Source: the human T2T-CHM13v2.0 reference genome, Homo sapiens. From it: a stretch of DNA of 64,000 nt. Both the position numbers and the translations under genes were made by a program. Under the pieces are notes generated by a model. That model did no database searches and was not told the origin of the DNA. It was given only the letters and a program-made list of their open reading frames with translations. This document shows positions 53,987 to 64,000 of the stretch, piece by piece. The stretch is taken from the NCBI RefSeq assembly GCF_009914755.1, contig NC_060930.1; one strand, given 5' to 3'. The first letter of the stretch is position 1. Each line of letters starts with the position of its first letter.

Positions 53987-55635
53987 ATTTTAACTAGGGT
54001 GAGATGGTATCTTATTGTAGCTTTAATTTGCGTTTCTCTGATTATTAGTGATGTTGAGCCTTTTTTTCATATATCTGCTAGCATTTGTATGTCTTCTTTT
54101 GAGAAATATCTATTCAGATCATTTGACTATTTTTTAATTAGGTTATTAGTTTTTCTGCTATTGAGTTGAGTTCCTTATATATTCTGGTTGTTAATTACTT
54201 GCAGATGAGTAGTTTGCAAATTTTTTTTTCCATTCTGTAGGTTGTCTCTCCACTTTGTTTCCTTTGCTGTGCAGAAGCTTTTTGGCATAATATGATCTCG
54301 TTTGTCCATTTTTGCTTTGATTGCTTGTGCTTTTGAGAACTTACTCAAGAAATCCTTGCCCAGACCAATGTCCTGGAGAATTTACCCAATGTTTTCTTCT
54401 AGTAGTTTCATAGTTTCAGGTCTTAGATTTAATTCTTTAATCTATTTTGATTTGATTTTTGTATATAGTGACAAACAGGGGTCTAGTTTCATTCTTTTGT
54501 ATATGGATATCCAGTTTTCCCAGCACCATTTATTGAAGAGACTGTCTTTTTCCCCAGTGTATGTTATTGGCACCTTTGCCAAAAATTAGTTGACTATAAG
54601 TGCATGGATTTATTTCTGAGTTCTCTACTCTGGCTATTCTGGTTTTCTTTTATGGTTCCATATAAATGTAAAGATTATTTTTTCTGTGTCTGTGAAGAAT
54701 GTCATTGGTATTTTAATAAGGATTGCCTTAAATCTGTAGATTGCTTTGAGTAGTGTGGACATTTTAACAATATTGATTCTTCCAATCCATGAACATGGAA
54801 TATCTTTCCATTTTGTGTATGTGTGTGTATCTAGATGCTGGTGAGGATGTGGAGAAAGGGGAACCCTTGAACACTGATGGTGGGGATGTAAATTAGTACA
54901 GACACTATGGAGTGCAGTATGGAGGTTCTTCAAAAAACTAAAAATAGAACTATCATATGATCTAGCAATTGCACTGCTAGGTATATATTCAAAAGAAAGG
55001 CAATCAGTATGTGGAAGAGATATCGACACTCTCCTGTTTATTGCAGGGCTATTCACAGTAGCCAAGATATGGAATCAACTTAATGTCTATCAACAGATGA
55101 ATAGATAAAATATGGTACATATATACAATGGGATACTATTCAGCAATAAAAAAAGAATGGAATCCTGTCACTTACAACAACATGGATGAAACTTGTGGAC
55201 ATTATGCTAAATGAGATAAGCCAGAAACAGAAAGACAAATATCACACGTTCTCATTCATATGTGGGAGCTGAAAAAAAAGCTCATGGAGATAGAGAATAA
55301 GAATAATGATTATTAGAGGTTTGAAAGGATAGTTGGGAACAGGAGATAAAAAGGGAATGGGCAATAGGTACAAACATACAATTAGATAGAAGGAATAAGA
55401 GCTAGTGTTCACTTGCACAACAGGGTAATTATAGTTAATAATTTATTGTATATTTCAAAACAACAAAACAAGTGGAATTGGGATGTTCCTTACACAAAAA
55501 AATGATATATATTTGAGGTGATAGATATCCCAATGACCCTGATTGGATCATTACACATTATTTGCTTGTACTAAAATATTACATGTTCCCTACAAATATG
55601 TACAACTATTATGTACCCATAAAAATTTTTTAAAA
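53987..55635. mobile_element. L1MA element with 5' inversion (minus 53987-54830, plus about 54833-55635)
   Basis: Reverse ORF2 segment joined to forward C-terminus/3'UTR; ORF 54634-55065 reads through the junction into [18 protein letters not shown]. Confidence 0.88.
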
Positions 55636-55654
55636 AGAAAGCAAAACAGTATAA

Positions 55655-55803
55655 AATAAAAAAGTAAAAAACACAGGTGAAATAAATTTTAGTAGCATAT
55701 TTTTTGATCCAATATATCTAAATATTGTCATTCAACATGTAATCAGCATGAAAATATTGATGAGATGTTTTCCTTTTTTTTTTTTTTTGCATTCAGTCTT
55801 GAA
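55655..55803. mobile_element. MER33 hAT-Charlie fragment
   Basis: acaggtgaaataaattttagtagcatattttttgatccaatatatctaaatattgtcattcaacatgtaatca. Confidence 0.75.
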
Positions 55804-56405
55804 AGATGGGAAGATCAGGAGCAGTCTGGAGTCATGGTATATGAATGAACTAGTGAGAGTGGGCACAAAGTCTGAAGATCTTTGTAGTGCAGCTAATGTC
55901 TAAGGGAGAATATACCTACCCTAGAAGAGACATTAAACAACCAGGTAATTGGAGTAGACAAAGTGTCAGCCAGTCAATATCAGCCATACTCTGTCATCAG
56001 AGACTTCAGTGTTTGGACAATAAGCACATGAACAGAGTAAGCATGGTGTAAGGGATGCAGGTTTTGCATGGGCCCCACCAATTTACTGAAGTTGTTATAA
56101 CTTCTGTCACTGCCAAATGTCCCAGAAGTAGCAACAGAGACCAACACTAAGCCCCCAATACAGCACTATCTCTTCAGGAGATCAACCAGCCAACCTGGTG
56201 GCAAGTTAAATTCATTGGACTTCTTCCATCCTCAAAGGATGGAAGCATTAATTCATTTCGAATTAATGCTTTTTGAATTTATACATATTCCAGGTATGGT
56301 CTGTGTTTTATGTCAAAGAACCTCAAACAGCACCATTAGCCGTGGGATTGCAGAGAGTTTAGTCCATCAACAGGAGATCTCATATAGCATTGCCTCACAC
56401 TAACA

Positions 56406-56623
56406 CAGTGGTTCTTAACCATGGGCAATTCCTTATCTCCCATATCCCACCCCCAAGACCTTTGGCAATGTCTGGAGACATTTGTGATTGTCGGAAACGG
56501 GAGGATATTACTGACATCTAGTGGCTAGAGAGTTGCTGCTAAATATCCTGTAGTGGACAGGACAGCCTCCCTCAATAAATAATCCACCCCAAAATGTCAA
56601 TATGCCACTGTTCAGAAATTCTG
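56406..56623. mobile_element. MER20 hAT-Charlie MITE inserted in ERVL
   Basis: cagtggttcttaacc...tttggcaatgtctggagacattt...ccaaaatgtcaata; TSD cactaaca/gactaaga. Confidence 0.92.
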
Positions 56624-56631
56624 GACTAAGA

Positions 56632-57026
56632 GCAACCTCTATTCTGTTTTCCATAATGGCTGTATTGATGTACATTGCTGTAAACAGTGTAAAAGTATTT
56701 GCTTTTCTCCACATCCTCACTAATACTTGTCTCTTTTTTTGATACACATCCTAAAAGGTGTGAGCTGATATGTCATTGTGGTTTTAATTTGCATCTCCCT
56801 GGTAATTAGTGATGTTGAGTATTACTTGTCAACCATTTGTATCTCTCTTTTGAGGAATGTCTACTAAGGTTCTTTGCCCATTTTTTAATCAGATTTTTTT
56901 CTTGCTGTTGAGTTGGGTCCCTTATATACTTTTGATATTAACTCCTTATCAGATATGTAGTTTACAAATATTTACTTCTATTCCATAGGTTGTCTCTTCA
57001 TTCTGTTGATTGTTTCCTTTGTTGTA
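56632..57026 (-). mobile_element. L1MA ORF2 fragment inserted in ERVL
   Basis: ttttccataatggctgta...ttctccacatcctcac...ttttaatttgcatctccctg. Confidence 0.88.
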
Positions 57027-57332
57027 AAAGAAACTCACTTTACAGGAAAAGAGGTGCAACAGTGGCTGGATGATTATAAGATCGACTGTTCCTATTATAA
57101 ACTACACCATCCAAAAGAGGCTGCCATTGAAGAGCAATAAAGTAGTTCATAGAAGGCATAGGTGAGGCAGAAGCTTGAAAATGATACCATATAAGGATAA
57201 GAAATCATATTCCAAGATACAGTCTATACTCAAGTCTCATGACCATTGTATGGTACTGTGCTCCATTATTTAGATATGTGGTGCTCCATTGGTTACACAT
57301 GGTGGCAGGCATGAAGAGTTGAAAATAGCAAT

Positions 57333-58386
57333 ATGGCCATCTTCACAATATTGATTTTTCCTATCCATGAGCATGGAATTTTTTTCCATTTGTTTGTGTC
57401 CTCTCTTACTTCCTTGAGCAGTGGTTTGTTGTTGTCCTTGAAGAGGTCCTTCACATCTCTTGTAAGTTGTATTCTTAGGTATTTTATTCTCTTTGTAGCA
57501 ATTGTAAATGGGAATTCACTCATGATTTGGCTCTGCTTGTCTATTGTTGGTGTATAGGAATGCTTGTGATTTTTGCATGTTGATTTTGTATCCTGATACT
57601 TTTCTGAAGTTGCTTATCAGCTTAAGGAGTTTTGGGGCAGAACCACAATGAGATACCATCTCACGCCAGTTAGAATGGCGATTATTAAAAAGTCAGGAAA
57701 CAACAGATGCTGGCAAGGCTGTGGAGAAATAGGAATGCTTTTACACTGTCGGTGGGAATGTAAATTAGTTCAACCATTGTGGAAGACAGTGTGGTGATTC
57801 CTCAAGGATCTAGAACCAGAAATACCATTTGACCCAGCAATCCCATTACTGGGTATATACCCAAAGGATTATAAATCATTCTACTATAAATACACATGCA
57901 CACATATATTTATTGAAGCACTATTTACAACAGCAAAAACTTAGAACCAACCCAAATGCCTATCAAGGATAGCCTGGATAAAGAAAATGTGGCAAATATA
58001 CCCCAGGGAATACTATGAAGCCATAAAAAACGATGAGCTCATGTCCTTTGCAGGGACATTGATGAAGCCGGAAGCCATTATTCCCAGCAAACCAACACGG
58101 GAACAGAAAACTAACCATTGCATGTTCTCACTCATAAATGGGAGTTGAAAAATGAGAACACATGGACACAGGGAAGGGAACACCACACACCGGGGCCTGT
58201 TGGGGGGTGGGGCATAAGGGGAGGGAGAGCATTAGGACAAATACCTAAAGCATGCAGGGCTTAAAACCTAGATGACAGGTTGATAGGTGCAGCAAACAAC
58301 CATGGCACATGTATACCTATGTAGCAAACCTGCACATTCTGCACATGCATCCCAGAACTAAAATAAAGTAACATTTTTTAAAAAAA
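57333..58386. mobile_element. L1PA (PA7/8-like) with 5' inversion (minus 57333-57640, plus 57641-58386)
   Basis: Perfect 12-bp TSD gaaaatagcaat at 57321-57332 and 58387-58398; reverse ORF2 piece (ORF 57293-57523) fused to forward 3' end with A-rich tail. Confidence 0.95.
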
Positions 58387-59022
58387 GAAAATAGCAATGA
58401 CACATAGGGAGTTTCTGCTTCCTTTTTCTGAAATTCTGAACTCCATGTGTTTAGTGGTCTTCGTTCCTACCATGGGGAATATCTATCAGTGAAACATAAG
58501 CTATGATTTTGGCCTGGGCACTTCAGACTCCATATGCCAAGGGACAAGTTGGCAAGGGGGGAATACCATATTGATAGAAGCAATTGAGCTGATCATCAGG
58601 AGAAAGGCTGTTATGACACACTGGGACAGGGGAGGAACATATTTGGTACTTGATTATCTCATGGCAATTCTTTGCCCAGTTTTCATGATAAATTGACAAA
58701 TACAGTAGCCACAATCTAATAAGGGCTTGAGGACCAGATGTTTAGACAATCAGAGATATGGGTTTGGGTCATCCAACCAGGTAAGCCACCAAGACCAGGT
58801 GCTAGCTGTGGGAGAAGTGATTCTAGGATAGAGTGTAGAGGAAGAGGACAATAAATTATCACAGATGTAGCCTCAAGCCCAACTGCATCAATGAGACATA
58901 GCATTTCTCCATTAACTTTCCCCTAGGAAGCTTACTGCAGGAAAGAAATCCCTCAGAGTCCTGAAGATACAGCTTTCAGAACTTAGGTGAAGCAAGAGGA
59001 CTCAAGGTGTGCAAGAATGGAC

Positions 59023-59442
59023 AGTACAGAATGCTCTGCTACACTGCTCAGATTCCCCCTTCAGGAAGGAAGGACAAATTCACTCAACTTCTGGGAGCAT
59101 TGATGGTTGAGCTCTCAGCCATCAGACCTTTTTGGAAGTTGCCCTCTTCTGAAAAGAGGCACATTGCCCAAGATCTTTCCTCCTCCAGAGCGCAGGCTGC
59201 ACCTGAAGTCTGATTGATGTGGGGTATGATGGTCTGGTCTCCTTTCCCCATCTAAAGGACTGTTCTAACCTCAGGGCTCTCCTTGAGTTTCCTTAGTTAG
59301 TTCTTATTACTATGTTGCAGTCCAACTTCTTCTTTGGCCTAATTCTACTTTCCTCCCATTCCCCAATTGTTGATCCTGACAGCAATTTCCCCCCAAATTT
59401 CTGTAAACTAAGCATGATCTCAGAGTCACCTGACCTGCAACA
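59023..59442 (+). mobile_element. LTR16-like 3' LTR of the ERVL element
   Basis: Follows PPT-like gcaagaatggac; gctcagattcccccttcagga...tgttgatcc...ctcagagtc...tgcaaca. Confidence 0.7.
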
Positions 59443-59924
59443 TTATTACATACACTATAGTCCGTGCACTTAAAGATTTAGTGAAAGTATGCTGCTGAAG
59501 CTTGCCAGAACTTCCCTTCTTCCACTGAAAACTTGTCTGTTCATAGATATACACCATTCGTTCTCTTCTCTACTTTGGCCAATTATCTTATGTTTGGGAA
59601 GGTGTTCTGCTAGAAGACAAAATAGCAATTCTTAGAACTAGAAAGAAAAACACATCAAAGTCTGTCCTTTCTTATGTCTTTTCTATCTACAACAAATACC
59701 CTGTGATAAAAAGGATGATAGGAAATATAAGTAGTTTGAGTCCACCAAATATTTGGCTTGAAGTATTTGGGTATGAAATACAAACTCACTTGACCTGGGC
59801 TCAAATTTGCCAGCACTTCTTTTCTTTCTTCTCTTTTCAGAAACAGACTTTATTTATATCAATGTTAACATCAATCACATAACCATCAGGAAGGCTGTAA
59901 CTTTGATTTTTTTTTGTCCAATAG

Positions 59925-60259
<335 letters not shown>

Positions 60260-60559
60260 CATTTCTTTTCTCATATATCAGCCTATGCCAGGGGGGAGAC
60301 TGGCTGAGGTTAAAGGCTAATGTCAAGTACTAACTGAACAACAAATGGATAACCTCAACAATGCAATATCCTGGTTGAAATTGTTAGTGAATTTTTTTAG
60401 CAGACCTGAGATCTATGTATCTCCATTCAACAAGTAAAGGTAGACTATTTCCTTAAATGCAAATTCCTATAAAAAATATCAGAAGTATGTTATGTATTTA
60501 AAGTTAAAAAGCATATAACTTTTTAAATGTTTAATAAAATTCACCAGTATACACCATCA

Positions 60560-61620
60560 TTTTCATTGAGAAAAGGTTTATAATCATGAATTCTATTTAT
60601 TTAATAATATTATTCAATATTTTTCTTTCATTTTTGTTAATTTGATTTGTTATGGCTTCTCAAAAAAAGCTTGTCCTTTTCATCTAATTTGTTCAATTTA
60701 TTTTCATGAAACCGGTCACATACTTAATCTTTCATTGCTTCTTATATAACCAAATTTCCATCCGGTACCATTTACTCTGAGCCAAAGAACCAGAAGCCAA
60801 AAGAACTTCCTGTAGCATTTCCTGTAATACATATCTGCTGATTAACACTTTTCTAGGTTGACAAGTTATATAGTTGTCTTTCATTTAGTTTAAAGATGTT
60901 GTTCCATTGTCTTCTCATTTTCATTGTTTCTGATGAGAGGTCAGCCTTGTTTCTTATTATTGGTCCTCTGCATTTAATGTGTAATATGTCTTTTCTTCTC
61001 TTGCTTTTCAAATGTTCTGTTTAATTCTGATTTTCAGCAGTTTAATATAATGTCCATTGCTTGTTTTTTGCTTAGATTCCTGAAATTATGTGTGGGTTTT
61101 TAAATAAAGTTTGAAAATTTCTAACCATTATTTGGTTAAGTAATTTTTCTGCTTCATACTCTCTCTTTTTCTTTTTCTAGTACTCTAATTACAAACTTTC
61201 ATTCTTTTGCCATTATTTCACAGGTTGTTAATATTCTACTTTAAAATTTTAAAGTAATTTTTATGGAAAATTTGATCATAATTTTTAATAACTATAATAG
61301 AAAATTCTAAAAATTCAAAAGGTAAGCCATATCAACAATTCATATCATACCTATAGAAATGGCAATTTTGGTCTATTATTTTCCAAACCATCTACCTTAT
61401 TTTCTTTCTTACATCTTATGCTGGCCATGACTTGCAGCCTATATGGTTCAGTAGCAATGATAATATCCTTGTATTTAATTTATCCTTGTATTTAATGTAT
61501 CTTAAGAGAAAAAAAAAGTCTCAAATTTCATGATTAAGGATGCTGTTTGTTAAGGTTATTGAAATATATGTTCAAATGATTTCAGGGAGTTTCCTAATTT
61601 TGAGTATTTTGCTATTTTGA
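60560..61620 (-). mobile_element. Ancient L1M fragments
   Basis: tagcatttcctgtaatacatatctgctg, aagatgttgttccattgtcttc...tgtttctgatgagaggtcagc. Confidence 0.6.
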
Positions 61621-61719
61621 TATAGATTTTGAAATTTATTTTTTCCCCTAACTACTGGGGGGGAAAATGTGGAAAAATAATTACTAGTGCTATTCTCCAC
61701 GTATTTCAAATTGTCTCTG

Positions 61720-62055
61720 TGTCTGAACACATGTGGAATTTCACTTCTTTGTCCCCTGGAAGTGAGGTTGGCCATGTGACTTGCTCTGATGTATAAAGTA
61801 TGAACAGAAAAAATGTGCTACTTCTGGGAAGAAATTTTCAGAGGTAGCATGGTATGTGTCACCAATTTCCCTTTTTCTGACACAGTGACTATGTAAATAT
61901 GTATAGAGATGTCTCTTCTGTCAGTCTGGATCCCTTAGTGACTGTGATGAGCAAAGTCTTATTGCCAGTGTTCATTGAATGAGTAACATGAGCACATACT
62001 TAATTGTTATGATAAACTACTCAGATATTAGGGTTGTCTATGCAGAATAACCCAT
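61720..62055 (+). mobile_element. Old MLT1 LTR
   Basis: cccctggaagtgaggttggccatgtgacttgctctg...gtcagtctggatccc. Confidence 0.7.
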
Positions 62056-62229
62056 CCTTTATTTTTCTTTTTATGCTAAACCATTCTTTTATTTAAGGCA
62101 CTAGTACTTGATCATAACATATCACTTAATATTTTTTATTCTATAGCTTTAAGTTTTATTCTACAAATCCTTTTGTTGATAATAATTATAACTTGAATGT
62201 AATCTGCTTTGTGTTTCTAGGAGGCAAAA

Positions 62230-62860
62230 CCAGGTAAGCAATACAGCTTAGAGAATACTTTTATTAAAAAACTTTTCTTTCTAAGAGTAAAATGAGTGAA
62301 AGAAAAATAACTAAATATATAGTCTCTGTCCTTGTGGGATAATAGTAACAGAGTTCATTAGAAAATATGAAATAATGACCCAAAGATAATTCTACAGGGA
62401 CCATGTGAGCTTAGAGTGAGAAAAGGAAAGAAATCTTTTCCAGAAGGAGTGATCTAGAAAAACTTTATGGAAAAGGTGACATATAAACTGGGTTTGAAAG
62501 ATGAATAGAATATTGATGAGGAAATTCTACACAGCATCTAAGTAAATATACCGTGAGAAAAGTGTAAGCAAGATATATAAATGGAACAACAAGTTATACA
62601 GTTTGACTTACTTGTAATAGCAGAGTAAATATGTAGAAGTGTGAATTTTATTTTAAAACATCAAAGATTTTTAATAGAAGAGGGATTTTGTTATTAAGAG
62701 GATAATTAATATTGCCATTATATTTAGGATGAATTATAAAGGATGGGTACTAGAGGTCATCAGAGGTTTGGGAGGGGTGAGAGTTTTTCATTGTCAAGGT
62801 GAGACAGCAAGGGTCTGAGAGAGGAAATAAAAAAGAAGAAACAGCTTTGAGTTTTGTTGA
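62230..62860 (-). mobile_element. L2 fragment
   Basis: agtctctgtccttgtgg, ctttatggaaaaggtgacatataaactgggtttgaaagatgaatagaa. Confidence 0.55.
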
Positions 62861-64000
62861 GCTACAAGGTTTACAGATATTTATATTTTCACCTATGACT
62901 TAGCATTTGAAAACCTAACAGTCTTCTTTTTTGTATATTGCAAGCCATATAAATAGAGTCTATAACTAGATAGATCTTATTGGATAACCACCCAAAATGT
63001 AATATTTTATGCTATTGAACACTGACTCAATATGCTAATATTCAACACTCAAACCAAAAGTGAAAACACAGATGCCTGAGGAAAGAAAAGTTGGCAGCAG
63101 AAACTAGTGGGAATTGGGTAGGGTTTTTCTTGGCCTTCTGCTGCACAATAGGCAATTGTGATTCAGGTGTATTTGTTTATTCTGGTAGAAATAAATTCTC
63201 CCACTAAAACAAAAGTGCCATTATAAAGAGCTAGACAAAATCAACAACACCCGTCTTTGCCATGTCTTGCATGACTGTAAGGGGTCACATTCAGGAATTG
63301 TTGATCAGACTTCCTTTGTCTCTCTCTTTTAAAAAGGCATTTTGCAAATTTAATACTTTTCCATGTTCTAAAGCATTGCTTGTCCACGGGAGAGGGGTTG
63401 GGTGTCAAGCAAACGCAGAGAGGCTCTAGGGGTTTCTAAAGTGGTCACTTCAATAGTCATTTCATAACATGTTTGTCGGCATGTCTTTCTTCCAGTTCTG
63501 GTTTTGTTACCTTCTCTCTGTTTTCAATGTAAACAGCAGTACAAAGTGAGCTATCTTCCTGCTATTCAAAATAAATACTTATTTGGGTAAAATTTATAAT
63601 GTTAGATTCTACTTTTAGTCAGGAAATGCAAACAAAGCTTGGAGACTGCTTGTTCCCTGACCCCAAATTCATTCCATGTTGCTATAGCATCACCCCTGAG
63701 AAAATGGGCCTGCCTGTTTTCCTCCCCATAGACAAACTCAATGGGCTTTTGTCAGCTCTTGAATTATAGCATTAAAATTTAAACAGTAGGGATTTAATGG
63801 AGGATTATTATGACACTCCAGTGCATTCTTTCTGTTGCCATTAGCAACAACCCCAAGAATGAAATAAAATAATTGTTTTAGGAGGTGCTGTTTTCCTAAA
63901 AGATGAAACATCTACCTTACATTCTTGGAGTTACATAAACTAATTTGTGTGTGTGTTACTTCTAACATGAGTAGAGTATTGGTAGTGTATACCAATCCAA

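Larger units (their letters stand above)
55805..59022 (+). mobile_element. Decayed ERVL internal region (RNase H/integrase to PPT), in three pieces: 55805-56405, 57030-57332, 58399-59022
   Basis: Degenerate ERVL integrase motifs: cagagaccaacactaagcccc (QRPTLSP), ggagatcaaccagcc..tggtggcaagtt (GDQPA..WWQV), agcattgcctca (SIAS), actcactttaca (THFT); many stops/frameshifts. Confidence 0.85.

Noticed and set aside
53445-57557. ORFs with L1 ORF2 or ERVL integrase similarity as functional genes
   Set aside because: Short, frameshifted, stop-ridden fragments of recognisable retroelements

Overview
AT-rich, CpG-depleted primate (very probably human) non-coding DNA. I recognise no protein-coding gene, tRNA/rRNA, CpG island or CRISPR array; the ORF-track entries are short and either derive from Alu/L1/LTR/DNA-transposon sequence or look like chance ORFs. 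A large part of the window is interspersed repeat: 11 Alus plus a FLAM monomer, old L1M/L2/MIR fragments, solo LTRs (MER11 with perfect 6-bp TSD, THE1 with 5-bp TSD, several MLT1), hAT/Tigger/mariner MITEs (MER5, MER20, MER33, MER58A, MER63A, MER2, two MADE1), and a nested 52-59 kb cluster containing a decayed ERVL provirus and two 5'-inverted (twin-primed) L1s. Unique sequence contains several splice-site-bounded, mostly non-coding candidate exons (chiefly minus strand, suggesting a spliced lncRNA, possibly LTR-initiated), enhancer-like motif clusters (NF-kB/AP-1/G4 at 26.9-27.1 kb, RUNX/NFAT at 38.8-39.0 kb, E-boxes, ETS, a CTCF-like site) and a cluster of perfect hairpins, two of which enclose splice donors. 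The most speculative lead is a two-exon minus-strand reading frame at 48.5-48.9 kb ending in a basic CaaX box across an AT-for-GT donor. I cannot identify the locus and see no convincing new biological system; repeat subfamily names are from recalled consensus sequences and need RepeatMasker/Dfam confirmation.
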